From Nymphaea colorata (lineage: Eukaryota), in assembly GCF_008831285.2 (NCBI RefSeq), contig NC_045138.2, forward strand, positions 24,304,001 to 24,368,000: 64,000 bases of DNA. Direction: 5' to 3'. The notes under the pieces are model-generated. The model searched no databases, was not told where the DNA came from, and saw only the letters and a program-made list of their open reading frames with translations. This document shows positions 12,617 to 25,625 of the stretch, one piece after another; the stretch's first letter is position 1, and the number at the start of each line of letters is the position of its first letter. Made by a program: the position numbers and the translations under genes.

Positions 12617-12868
12617 ATGAGAGCTTCTTCTCCAATGCTGCCGCTGCTGCTGCTTTTCTTGTTGTCGGTGGCAGCAGAGTTGGGAAGTGCCACTTATTAT
12701 ACGGGCCGGCAGAAGCTCACCTGCTGGAGCAGGAGAAGCAGATGCTTCTTGAGAACCATAAGGTGTCCGGCAGAGTGCCCGCTGACCAAACCATCAGATC
12801 CCAAGGCCAAAGCTTGCTACTTGGATTGCAATTCACCAAAATGTGAAGCTATGTGCAGAAGTGAGCAT

Positions 12869-12910
<42 letters not shown>

Positions 12911-14651
12911 ACACACACTTAATACAGATTCCTGTGCCTCAACGAGTCGAAATAGATCCATTTCCGACTGGTTTACAGAAGGAATGCTGTTGACGGATCA
13001 GCGGCTTTTACGCTGTCAAGATATCTGACAGTACAAGTATCTAGCGTCATTTGCAGTACTGCAAGGATGTGATCTCCATGCTAGGAGAACGAAAGAGATC
13101 GTGATTTTAGATGCATAGGAATGAAAAATTAACGAACTGAGCCTTTGGGTTTGGACTTACACAATCCTTTCTGTACGTTAGAAAAACATGCATCATTTTC
13201 CCGAGGTTTTCAAACTTCCACGGGTGTAGTCGTAAAAGAAACTGTTCACCTCTAATATGTTCAGCTAAGGTCACCGTTGCTTTTATATGTGAACTGTGAC
13301 ATGCTTTTATGGTATTCCGCGTAGATCTGGGCAACAAATGTTTGATTAGTAGTATGGTGTAACTGCCGCATGTTATTGAACTTAATCGACTTAATTGCAG
13401 GATGTCATTTAACTTTTAAAATGGCAATAAATGATCACCTCCGAATTCATGGACACGAATTTTTCTTTTAAGATCCAGTAGCGGTTTACGAACAGAATGT
13501 ACTAATCGGCAGTCAAGCTTAATTAGTTAAATAGTAGTAAATAAATCATATTAAAATTTAGCAAGGTTATTTTTCCTTTAAAACTCGAATGTCTGCAAGT
13601 GAAGGCCACGCTGTCATCCATCCTATTGATAATTTAATATTACAGTAATTATGCGTGTTCTCTATAACAAGATTTTAAGAGTATTTTATACATTGGTTAC
13701 TTCCTGCAAATAATAGGTTTGTCTATCCCTTTTTATATGTATTTGTAAGCTTTCCTCCTGGTTTCCTGGTTCTGTTCGTTCTTTTTTACATTACTGCTAA
13801 TTTGTTGCCAATTAAAATACGTATAGATCCTAACGCTAGTTGTAAAACTGCTGCTCATAACAGATCGGAAAGCTGACTGCCATGGAACCGGAGCCGCCTG
13901 CTATGATCCACGATTTGTAGGAGGAGATGGAGTCGTCTTCTTCTTCCATGGCAAGGCAAATGAACATTTCAGCCTTGTTTCTGACACCAACCTCCAGATC
14001 AATGCTCGGTTCATCGGTCTAAGGCCACAGGGGAGAACAAGGGACTTCACATGGATTCAAGCACTAGGATTCATGTACGGTTCCCATACCTTCAGTCTTG
14101 GAGCAAAGAAGGCCATGAAATGGGACAACAGCATTGACCAGCTTGAGTTTTTCTATGATGGGCAGCCCATATTTCTATCTGAAGGCCACCTCTCAGAGTG
14201 GAGCTCTCCTGATCATGACTTGAAATTGGAGAGAACTGCTCGGACCAACAGCATTATAGTAAAGTTGCCGGAAATTGCAGAGGTTTCTGTAAATGTAGTG
14301 CCTGTAACTAAGGAAGATGACCGGATTCACAAATACCAGATTCCTGCCGATGACTGCTTTGCTCATCTTGAAGTTCAGTTCAGATTCTACGGCCTTTCAC
14401 CGCAAGTGGAAGGTGTCATTGGCAAGACCTACCAACCGGACTTCCAAAGCCCAGTGAAGAAAGGAGTAGCCATGCCAATCATGGGGGGTGAGGACAAATA
14501 CAGGACGCCTTCCCTCCTTTCACCAAACTGCAAATTCTGCAAGTTTAAACCCGAAACCAAAGATGTAGACCACGCCTTCATGGCCTACCCTTCTACCATA
14601 GACTGCGCAACAAAGCTTGGCAATGGTGCGGGAATGGTTTGCCGAAAATGA
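12617..14651 (+). CDS. Secreted root-cap-domain (LEA-related) protein, copy B, 343 aa, 2 exons
   Basis: Exons 12617-12860 and 13864-14651 join via GT-AG in phase 1 (1032 nt). Signal peptide, Cys-rich N-terminus (CPAECP...CYLDCNSPKC), CYDPRFVGGDG, DCFAHLEVQFRFYGLSPQVEGVIGKTY, and a GMVCRK end. Confidence 0.93.
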
Positions 14652-16792
14652 AGCACCTCTCACAGAAATCAAACAGCGAACCATAAGTTCGTCTTCTCAA
14701 GTGTGCTACTTTATCTTTAATTTTTCATGTCAATCCCATCGCGGACATAAGTATTCATCTGTGAAACTTGTTCGTGATACAATATTCTGAATAAAAGGAA
14801 CAGCTTTTATAGCAGAAATTTGTCTTTGTGAGTTGCTTCATTCCAACTTGAGCAGAAAAAACTTGACGCCGTGTTCTTCTACCAACTTAATAAGAAATCT
14901 AGAGATGACGCGACAGCGTCAATTCTGTGAGACATGGCCATCCTGAAGGAGCTCAACTGGAATACGCACTATAATGACGAGTTGTACTGCGCGCAGCTAA
15001 AGATGGTAGATACAGTAGCGAGCAGATACCGTGGGGGCAAGAAAATAGACTAGTTTGTGCACCAATATTACGTCCGTGAATCCGAAACTGCTGTTAGCCA
15101 TGAAATCGTCTTTTTATTCATGTGACTAGTAGATGCTGATTGAGTTAAGTCGGAGATATGATCTTAACGTTGAAAATAATCCTCCTTCGCTGCTCGTTAA
15201 AGATTTTTTCAGCCCCATCTCTACCAAGCCTTTGCATAGTTCTTCCGTTCAATCAGATTGACACGACCTTGAGTTTCGCCACAAAACGTGTGGTCCGGCC
15301 CTTGCACATGGGCAGTTGACTTGCAAATTCGATTGGTTCAGATGGCAGGTGCTAGATGAGCCCCACATTCACGACGTTCATCATTTAAAAGAGCGCTTAT
15401 GCCCTTTTGCAGACAAGAAGAAAACTCTGCTTTATCTTTTACTCTTTATATATGCAGTACAGCATGCCCTTTCATCGTCATCTGCCTCCCACTCTTCTAC
15501 CCCACACTCACATGGGTATGAGCGGAGACTTCGTACCTTATTCACCTACCATCTGCACATGCTGAAACCACCATCCACAGCTGTATATTGAACTTCTGTA
15601 CAAGCAGAAGCCATGAAGACAAGGAATGCCCATTCTGGAATTGGGATTCTATGTCATAAGGCACGACTAAAAGGACGCTAGGGACACCATTCTTACGTAA
15701 TTTTTCATTGAGAATCGGATAACAACAGGACACGACACAGGACTAACATGTAGCATCCTCGTGGCATAGGTAGGAAGTAACGCCTGTCAGATAAGTGTGA
15801 GATGCTGAAAGTACCAAAAAATCTTACGGTTCATTTACTGTCGTCCCATTCAATTACCTAGGCGCTCTGCAGGTCACTGTAAAAAAAATTGCTTGGTAAC
15901 TTTATGTCAGCAGTAGCTTTCCCTTTTGGGTACTCGAGTACTGGTGGATCAATAGCAATGGGATTGCCCTCAGGAAACGATAAAAAGCCTAGTTTAACAT
16001 AGTTCTTACCGCGCCCAACAGGACTAACAGCCAAATACAAGTTGGTGCTATGATTTACCTGAGTATATCAGTACAGGTCTCATGGAATTTCAATGTTTAG
16101 AACCTTATGCATGTAAAATACGCCAAATCAGAAAGTACTGCTTTTTAGTTTGAGCGTCAGAAGCAAAGAGCTTGGTGCAGTGTTAAGCAGCCCTGTCAGG
16201 GCATTAGGAATTTGTCCTTCCTCAAATCAAAGAAGCACAGCCTTAAATTTAGTAGATCTAGCTCTGGTTTTCCTTACACCGGAAAAAATTAAGGAAACGG
16301 CCTTTTAAAAGAGTACAATTATTATTTTTCTCTGAGAACAAAGATGGAAAAGAGAAGAAAATGGAAGAAAAATAATTTCCCGACAATGCATGGTGACAGT
16401 GATGCAGGTATAATGGTAAAGTATGGAAAGAGGCATTTATCTGTCCTCTTTGAGTGCTGAAAATCATTTACTAACAGAACATTGCAACAACAAAAACAAT
16501 CTCGGTCATGCCTTTCAATTACATGTATGACAAATTTTAAACATAAATTCTCTTCAAAGAGAAACATATATGATACAAAGACAATTGAAGCTCCAGAAAA
16601 AAGTGCTGAACTGCGAAGCAAAACTCAAGGGAAGAGAAAATTGTAGAAGGAAATAGACATACCGAGTATAAGCGTTTGCTAGACTACTAAATTTACAGGA
16701 CTGTCTTTGATGATTTGATCCCTGTAATTGGATCTTTTCGAGTTGGAAGCACATAGAGATGGGGATCTCTGTGATCCAGCAAAAGAATCTTC

Positions 16793-19342
16793 TCATCTTC
16801 CTTTTGGATTGACCAACTGTGAAAATACAGCACTGGTGGTTGCGTCTTCCAAATCATCATCAGTAACAGAGCGTGCTTCATCGACCATACTTGTACTGTT
16901 GTCAAATTGCTGGAATTGCGATATTGGAATGTCAGCAATATGATTCGTGCTGTTATCATCAGGATCGACAAGGGCTGATGTCTCCTGAAGCTGAAGTGCA
17001 TACTCGAGGTTCCACAGCACATCTCCGATCGTCGGCCTATCAACTCCATGCTCAGCCAGACACTTCTCGGCTGTCTCACCAAATTTCTTTAGGGATGCTG
17101 GATTAACTCTGCCAATTAGACCAGGATCCATAATCTGGTCAAGCATTCCCTTCTTCTGCCACATCATTGCCCACTCTGCTATATTCACTTGCTCTCTGGG
17201 GAGAACCGGATTCAGTGCCGGTCTTGAGCACAAAACTTCCATTAGAACAACACCAAATGAGTAAACATCTGACTTTTCCGTCAGCTGCTGCCTCCTGAAG
17301 TACTCGGGATCGAGGTAACCAAAGCTACCTTTAACAGCAGTACTTACATGAGTTTGGTCCAATGCAGGGCCGGTCTTGGAAAGGCCGAAATCTGCAACCT
17401 TGGCCACAAAATTCTCATCCAACAGGATATTGGTGGTCTTCACATCTCTGTGAATTATACTCTGCGTCGCCCCCGTGTGAAGATAATGCAGACCTCTAGC
17501 AGCACCAATGCAAATCTCAAGTCTCTGCTTCCACAAAAGCGGTGGAAGGTCTGACCCATAGAGGTGACTTCTAAGAGGCCCATTGGCCATATATTCATAA
17601 ACCAAGATCATCTCTGAGCGCTCATCGCAGTAGCCAATTAAGGAAACCAAATGACGATGTCGGAGCTTGGACAACATCTGTATTTCAGTCTGAAATTCGT
17701 TAAGACCTTGCTCAGATCTTGGATTCCCTCTTTTGACAGCAACCCTGGTTCCATCATCCAGCGTTCCCTTGTAAACTTTGCCAAAGCCGCCCACACCAAG
17801 AAGCAGAGCTTCATCAAATTTGTTGGTTGCATCCATTATCTCTTGGAAGGTGAAGAGGCGTCCCAAGCTCGAGTTCGCCAACGAGATGCAGCTTGCAGTT
17901 CCGCTCTTCTGAGAAGTAGTCGAAACTTTGCTTATGGTGTGAGAATGGCCGTACAATTGCAAAGGCAACCATGGATGAGCACGGCGTCGGCTCTTTGATC
18001 TCGGCCCAACGAAGCAGCAGTAATACACAGCTAGCAGTAGTACCGATGCCAAGCCACCCACTATCACACCAAGAACGACAATTGTCGTCTTCTTTTTCTT
18101 CGATTCTGAAGCAGAGTAAATCTTTCTCACTGAAAGCAGGCCATCCAAGCTCCCGGCGTCATTGCTGAGCTTCAAGACTTCCAATCCATTGAGGGTGGCG
18201 TTCTTTATATCCTCGATGGTTGGATCGGGGCCAATGCTCACGTTTATGAGAGCAGAGCTAAAGGACACATTGGTAACAAAATCTATATAAAAGGGCCTCA
18301 TCAACTCATTGGTCTTTTTGCTGGGATCAACATTTACCATAAAATTAGAACCAGATGTGACGTAGGCGTTGAAGATTAGCTGATTCAGAGCTGTACTAAT
18401 GATGTCGCAGAAGTGAAGTCTGATGAAATATAGGAAGTTTGGATCGACTGGCAGGGACCATGTAATATTGTATATGACATTTGCAACGTTCGAGTTCGCC
18501 ATTGCTTCAGCATAAGCATAGACTGAATTCGGCGCAATCTCTCGGGTGAGAGTGCCATAGTTAATGGAGCTTGGATCAACAAACACAGGATTGGCAGAGT
18601 TATTGGAGAAAAGATAGGCCCTATCATTCTCCCAAGTTCTTCCTAATGTGTCATTGATAGAGGTGATTCTAGGACCCCCAACATTAAGCCTATAGACGGT
18701 TTCCATGGCCAAGTTGGTAAGACTGAAAAGGATCCCGTCAGGCACCTGCGAAGGCGGATCACTGATCAGATCGTCGGGGACAGAGACCACCTCAATCGCG
18801 TTCACGAACGAGAGCGAACCGTTCGTGGGCACAAAGACAATGGTCAAGTGATCAGAGGTCACATTGATCAAATACTCCTTAAACAGAAAGGGATGGCTCT
18901 GGTTCTTCAGGGTGTAATTGTCCAAAAGCACAAAATCTTCAGTAACTACTGTAAGAGAAGTGGAATTCAGAGAATACGCTGAACTCGGGACAGGGAAGAA
19001 GTAGAGCCGAACCCAATGCCGGCCTCCCTGACTGATACCGAACCGGTAAGAGCTCGGCTTTGAGAAGACGCGAGCAGTTTGGTAAATGGGGGAGGGAGCC
19101 GCAGAATTGGAGGAAGAAACCACACTGGTCCCTTGGTCTGTGATCAGAAGAGAAGGCGCATGCGCGTCCGGGACGAAGGTCCTCCCGTCCACAGTCACAT
19201 TTTGGGAAGCCCCACATGCAATCAAGTAATTATCCGCCGGTGTAAAGGCAGCGTCTGAAACAATACTGGTGAAATCATCCAAGAACACAACAAGAACGAG
19301 AGAAACAACAGATACCCACTTCACGAAACCCATCATAGTCAT
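16793..19342 (-). CDS. THE1: CrRLK1L malectin-like receptor kinase, THESEUS1-like
   Basis: Signal peptide, malectin-like ectodomain (YLIACG, YRLNVGG, YFIRLHFCDI), a TM helix, juxtamembrane SQKSGTASCISLA typical of THE1, an intact kinase (GVGGFG, VAVK, HRDVK, DFG) and the C-terminus AVFSQLVNPKGR. The first ATG of this exon is at 19342; the ORF track start at 19354 is GTG. Confidence 0.92.
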   Translation of the reverse strand: MTMMGFVKWVSVVSLVLVVFLDDFTSIVSDAAFTPADNYLIACGASQNVTVDGRTFVPDAHAPSLLITDQGTSVVSSSNSAAPSPIYQTARVFSKPSSYRFGISQGGRHWVRLYFFPVPSSAYSLNSTSLTVVTEDFVLLDNYTLKNQSHPFLFKEYLINVTSDHLTIVFVPTNGSLSFVNAIEVVSVPDDLISDPPSQVPDGILFSLTNLAMETVYRLNVGGPRITSINDTLGRTWENDRAYLFSNNSANPVFVDPSSINYGTLTREIAPNSVYAYAEAMANSNVANVIYNITWSLPVDPNFLYFIRLHFCDIISTALNQLIFNAYVTSGSNFMVNVDPSKKTNELMRPFYIDFVTNVSFSSALINVSIGPDPTIEDIKNATLNGLEVLKLSNDAGSLDGLLSVRKIYSASESKKKKTTIVVLGVIVGGLASVLLLAVYYCCFVGPRSKSRRRAHPWLPLQLYGHSHTISKVSTTSQKSGTASCISLANSSLGRLFTFQEIMDATNKFDEALLLGVGGFGKVYKGTLDDGTRVAVKRGNPRSEQGLNEFQTEIQMLSKLRHRHLVSLIGYCDERSEMILVYEYMANGPLRSHLYGSDLPPLLWKQRLEICIGAARGLHYLHTGATQSIIHRDVKTTNILLDENFVAKVADFGLSKTGPALDQTHVSTAVKGSFGYLDPEYFRRQQLTEKSDVYSFGVVLMEVLCSRPALNPVLPREQVNIAEWAMMWQKKGMLDQIMDPGLIGRVNPASLKKFGETAEKCLAEHGVDRPTIGDVLWNLEYALQLQETSALVDPDDNSTNHIADIPISQFQQFDNSTSMVDEARSVTDDDLEDATTSAVFSQLVNPKGR

Positions 19343-20769
19343 CCTCAGAGCCACACAATCTGCAGGTAAACAGGTGCACCAAATCTAACCCAAGACAAAG
19401 CTGTTGCTCAGAGACATACCCACTCAAACCCCAAAAGGAAGAAACACAAAACCAAGAATAGTATCAAAAGGAACAGATGGCTAGATGGGTGCCCCTGTTT
19501 TGGCTTGCTTTGGACATGTACCTTGAAAGGGGTGGCTCCCTAGTTTGGTGGTGAAGAAACTTGGAGAAGGAATTAAATGGCTGTCTGAAAGCATCAGATG
19601 AGATGATGGAGCGGCATGGAAATTGAGAAGCGCAGCCATCAAGCGTTTCTCCTCACACTTGAGGAAACAGCTGCCTCCAGCCTGTGAAGTAAAGGAAACG
19701 TGGGACCCGCAAGTAGGAAACAGGTTCCAACGAAGTCCACTGCAACGGTGCTGGAGGAAAAAAGAAAATGGTTATTTGCAAAATTCTGCTCCGTGAATTC
19801 CGTAATTCAAAGTTGTGTCAAAATTGTTCGGTAATTCAAACATTCGCGACTTCTTTTCTCTTTATTGACGGAAAAAGTTTGCCTGCTGCTGTCCACTCTT
19901 CGGTTGATTCTCTTTCTGCTTGATTCCAAATCGATGATTTTAAACTCTTCTTACTGGAACATGAAAGAGACCATTAAATGGCCGAAAGCAGCATGTTTAA
20001 TAGCTTTAACTTTTCATGTCAGTTCAAATTTATGTGTTCACTGTGAAAGTCAGGCTTTGCTTTATGTAGAGAGAAAAGGAAAACGAAGATTGGTGAATGA
20101 AGTTAAAACAAGTGGAAGAACCATATTTAAATGCATTGAAAATGGTATAGGTTCTGTATTTAATGAGAACGATACAGAAAAAAACAGTTGATTAGTTACT
20201 AGAATATTAATGTTAGAGCAACGCCAATTCCTTTTTAATTTCCCTCTTCAACTATCAAATAAAGCGTGCAATTTATAATTATGAAATCAAGTAAAATTCT
20301 TTGCAAGCAAGTGAATGGTAGGCATAAAAAAATAAAGAATTGGTTATGAGCAGGTGAATCTTGTTCAATGCAGCACAATTTTCTATTCTTTTTGCCAGAT
20401 GTTTTGCTATGAGATAATCTTTTTTGGTATGTAAAATTATTCAAATACTTTCGGCAGATATTCTGAATATGGAATAATTATTTGTTGAATAGTTTGCAGG
20501 ACGAGGTTGTGACAAATATAAAAAGAAACCGCTGCGCAATCGTCGCCGCCGGACGTCCGGGGACGCGGTTTTGGCCGCTGGGCCGTCCCTTTTCCCACTT
20601 GATGACTGACGGCGTTTACCGTGATGCGACCAGAAGTGAGATCTGGATACGAGCCTGGTCTCGTGTATATGCTTCACTATATTGATCCTGAATTATCTGG
20701 ATCTCAGGTCTGTTGTAACTCACACCAGGATTCAGTTTTAAATGCGTTTTAACAATTGATATTAATGCT

Positions 20770-21312
20770 AAGGCAACAGATCCAGAACCACAGCCCAGGA
20801 ACGGGTACAGGACCCAGATCCAAAATCCAACGCACCTTTCGGAAAGTTGACGGGGATCCAAACCCATTCCTCCGCAGCCTCCGGAGGTCACGCTACTCTA
20901 TCACGCCGCGAATGCCGGGGAACGACGGTTCCTGAGTTGTCCAAGGACACCGGTCCGTCGATCAGTTCGATCCCACCGGCGCCGGAGCTTCTGCTTAGCT
21001 TATGATGGGAACCCTCGGATCCGGTCCCTCCGATGATCTCTTGGGATTCTTGTGTCCCATCCTGTCCACCTTCTGTCCTAGAACGCAAATGATCGGATTT
21101 GTCTGGTTGCTCTGGTGATTATAATGCGTGGAGATAGCTTTGGATCCAGGCCAGGTATCATAAATACAAGCCCAATCATAACTTTGTCCCGTTTTGGATC
21201 CTAATGGAACCCAGTCGGGACTCAAAAAAGTCAAAACCAACTCCACAATCACTCCAAACCCGATTAAATTGTGGTTCGGATCTAATCCAAATTTGATCCA
21301 TTGACATCCCTA
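20770..21312. mobile_element. Probable non-autonomous hAT-like element remnant rich in GGATCC/GATC motifs
   Basis: The right end ttgacatcccta resembles a hAT TIR (TAGGGATGTCAA). The left end and TSD could not be resolved. Confidence 0.4.
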
Positions 21313-24300
21313 CCAATTCATAGGAAATGGTAACCCATGATATCCGATCTTAATCAGGCACATGGTCTTCTCGGTTAACGAGAGATCAACTTAGATAAAG
21401 GCCTTCTTTACTTTAATTTTTCATAAAATTGTAAGAATTTGAAAGACTCAGCAGGATTCAAGTATTATTTTATAGCTATCAGATGTTTGATCTTATATAA
21501 AATGTTGCCTAAATTGTCGCTTATATGGCATAATCAATTGACAAAGTTGCAGAACCGTTTATTCCCCAAGTAGCTTAATGAATGTGAAGCTGTGCTGAGA
21601 ATAAAGGCATGCTTAGATAACACTCTTAAAAACCTAGTTTTGCCTCCAAAACCGTGTTTAGCAAAAATATTGGTTTAGTAAAAAGTGTGAAAAACCAAAT
21701 ATGATCTCTAATTATCGTCACTAATTGTCCTATGCTTCTAAGTCGGGTGCAATCGAATGTTTCACTTAACTACGAGATTAGCTACTAATTGCTTAACAAT
21801 TTGATATGGGCCATATAATTGTGTCGGACCTGTTATTTCCCTCAGTTCATGTCCGAATGGGCTTAGGAGGCTCTAAGTACGTGTTATACCCAATGTCTCT
21901 TCTAACCAAATTAATGCAAGTCATTTTCATAAGGAATGTCTTTCAAACAATGTTTCGGGGGGGGGGGACTAGTAGCCGTTAGTCTCTATTTTAAATCTTT
22001 ATAAGTTTATTGGCATGCAAGTTAAAGCATTTACACTTCAAAGCACCAAAAACAGGCTTTGTACCCTATAAAAATAAGGGGTTGAATGAAGGCTATAGCC
22101 TTGATAGGTCTCTTTTACTTCTACTCGCTCAGAAAGAAAAATCATATGTATGAAAGAATTTCAATATGAAATCCCACCAGGACCATTTAGCCGTGGCCCG
22201 AGACTTTAGACAAAAATTTGACTTTGAAAAATTAATTTGTGTTTGGCAGGAACAAGGAGTTTGTCAGCAAAAGTGGAACCATTTTTAAGAAATCCAAAAA
22301 CCAAAAGGCCCTTTTTTAAATTTATAACGAAAAGATAGGCTGCGAAAGAAAATTACTAGGCTGCAAAACAAAAAATCTCTCCTAAGAAAAGCAGTTAAGC
22401 TGATGGATTCCGTTTCCATGCAATGGTTAATTGGTTAGTTAATACGGGGTTATCATCTTTTTCTGTTTTTATTTTTAGATCAATTGAAAAATATTTTAAT
22501 TTATTTTACAAATAATAAAAAACAAATCAATAGATAATTTAGTAAAAAAAAGTCCCCTCCACATTAGCCTCTCTTTGTACACGACCATAAAGGGAGCAGC
22601 CAAGCCTGGTGGATCCCACTTACATCAACATGGAATGTTTTTTTTATTTATATATATTTATATTAATGAGAAACAGCTGGGGAAGCGTCACATGCGTAGA
22701 TGCACATGGATGTGACAACACATTGGTCGAAAATCATGTGGATGCAATTACTAGCGTACCTCAACCGTCTCATGACGACATCAATATCTTCGCACTTTTC
22801 TTTTAAGTAATCAAATGCAAAAGAATTGTCGGATATACCAGCTTTTTTTCTTAAAGAAAAGAAAAAAAAAAAAAAAAAGCAAGCCAGAGGATTTCATTTA
22901 ATACACAAGTTGGCAGCCTTCTACCAGATCGTTGGGTACTAATTTTTTTTTTAATTTCCTACAATATTAAAGGTCATAAAAGTTTTAAAAAGGGAAAAAA
23001 ATAGAAAATATAGCTCTAATTTTAAAGTGTTCATTTCTTTGGAAGTAGAGCACAATGTATAATGTAAGTTTTTTTTTTTATTGAAGAACAGTTTAAGTAT
23101 ACCAATTAGCTAGGAACTCGTCCTCTAAATGCTAATCAAATTATGTGGGGGCAGTCATTAGCTTTTATTTCTGAAAAGCAGATTGAGTTGCGTGTATAGA
23201 TGTCTAAAGGTTTGCACGCAACAAGTATGCACCAAAATGGGATGAAGGTACTTATGAAATTTTTTTATAAAGTAAATAATTTAGACTTTTTCACAATTCT
23301 TTTTTACCATTTTAAAAAGTTTTTTTTATTAATTTAATAAAAGTATTTTGGTCATTGCACCAATTTCCTTGTGCACGTAACCAGCTTCTTCGATGTGTAT
23401 GGGACTCAATTTTACGTTGTCTATGTGGGCCTGGCAGCGTCCTAATGAGTTAGACACCAACTCATTAACAGCCTTAATCTAACTTAATTGCACAAATGTA
23501 TTTTATTTTATTATTTGCTTCTGAATCAGATCCAAACTGGTCTAGTCTGGTCCAGCATCAGAACAACAACTTCATGAAAAACATTTATATAAGCATAAGC
23601 CTAATCGTTTAGATATGTTCCACGAACGGATTCTAGCTAGGTAGGTGATTATTAGATAAATATTTGAATGCAAATGTGAAGAAGAGAGGATCTTACCTAC
23701 TTTCTCGAATCCATGAAGCTTCTGTGCTGTATTCTACCGGCTCCCAAGCAACCACCACCAAAGTAGTGCATTGCTAATTCCCAGCTGCCACTTCTTAGAA
23801 TAGCTGGGCTTTAGATTCGGAGCCTGACTATAGAAGAGCTATTCCAGCAAATGTTTGTAGCAAGTCCAACGAATAGTTCCATCCACTTGGCTAAGGGGGT
23901 TGGACGTGAAGATTATCAAGTTGGAGGACAAATTGTTGGCGCAATCTGGTAGGAATCTGCCTAACTCGAGCTATGCCAACCATTATGTGCTCTGTTCATA
24001 TATCTTTTGATTAATAAAAGTGATAGGGGGCCTCCCCAGCAGAGGTTTTCCTGAAAAAATCAACGAACAATCTGTCAGATTGAACTTGGAGTTCGCTTGG
24101 ACTCTCGCTTCAAAGAGTTGCAGGATTCCTGTCCGATCTGAATATAATGGAGGAGAAGATGTACTTGCTTTCCCAAATCCGTCAAAAAATGCCTGATTCG
24201 AACTTCCATCTCCCCAAAAGACCATAGGTTTCTGTTCTTTCTGGCGAGTGGCGACCATCTCCCGGATCTTAAAAGGCAGCTAGCGTTTTAAATACTGTCT

Positions 24301-25189
24301 AGGTAGAAAACTTTACCGACAGGTGCGAGAGAGAATGGAATCGGTGATTTTCTGAGTTGGAAGAGTTTAAGAGTCGGATACTTCGTAAAGGAGAATTCTG
24401 GGCCATCTAACATCTTTCTATGAGCAGAGTGGGGAAGAGTTGCCCTTCCTCATTCTCTCTCTTAAAAAACCATTAAAAATTAACACGACCCTTGTCGAAT
24501 GAGCTATTGAACCAGTTAAATTGCCACTGATTTTGCCAAAATTGATTTCATCTAGTGACATGTTCAGTATGATTTACCTTGAAAGCCTGCCATATTAAAA
24601 CTAGAAAAATACAAAGCAAAAAATTAATCTTTTTCCTTGCTGTTCACATTGTGAAGCTGCCGTTTCGTGAGTTTCGTATTATTTCGTAAGTTCACATTTC
24701 CTACAAGCGCAAGCTGAATGCCTTCGCTTTGCCTCAATATTCTAATCGGCCTTGAGCGAGACGGGGAAGAGATAAAAAGTACAGCACGCCAGCGATGGAC
24801 GGCGTCACATTCATCCCAAAACGAAGGGCCCAGATTGGAGATTGACGCAAATGTTTATCATGTGATAGCGCAGAATCTCTAGGCATCCAGCCACGGAGAG
24901 AGGGACGGGAAGGGCTTCCTATCGACGGCCACGAAGCAGAAAGGTATTTTCTCTCGGATATCATGAAAAAGTTCACTGTTCACACTCTTGAAAATTTTCA
25001 CTGTGGATTTATGTTTCCTTTGGTGGAAAAATTACCAATTTGGGAACATCATGATCCACCTCTGCGTGCGAGGAATTTTAGCCGCATAATGGGCTGAGCA
25101 TGTAAAAATCAAATGTTCCGGCGAAACTTTTCAGTTTGTCTTCCCACCATGATCGATCGATCGATGTGCAAATACTTATGCGTGAAAAA

Positions 25190-25320
25190 GGATCTTCTTC
25201 TTGAATGTGGGTCGGAAATTGTCTTGGGTAGTTTGATTAAATTTGACCAGTGAGAATGGATCTTCTTCTTGAATTTGGGTCGGAAAGTGTCTTGGGTAGT
25301 TTGATCAAGTTTGACCAGCG
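25190..25320. repeat. Imperfect tandem duplication, unit about 68 bp, upstream of the first nuclease
   Basis: ggatcttcttcttgaat...gtcttgggtagtttgat...tttgaccag starts at 25190 and again at 25258. Confidence 0.9.
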
Positions 25321-25625
25321 GGTGGTGATTCATCTGTGTTAAAAATCTGAGAGTAGAGAACTGTTTGGGTTAGTTCGAATAGATACTTTCCGCCTTTCTT
25401 TGACTCCGGCTTGAGGAGATGATCTCGCTAGCCTATTGTTGATGTCTGCTAATACTTTTAAACTTCACAGAACGATTCAGCTGTAGTTGTTTCAGTAAGA
25501 GGATGGAAAAAAGAAGCTGAATATTTCGAAATGGAGCATGCTTTAATCTACTTAAGTAGCTGTTTCTCGCAGATAAAGCATGTATCTTGAATAGTTCTTC
25601 ATCATATTTGTATGGGATAGGATCA

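Noticed and set aside
14928..15047. 39-codon ORF MAILKELNWN... downstream of root-cap copy B
   Set aside because: No recognisable motif or supporting signals; consistent with chance.
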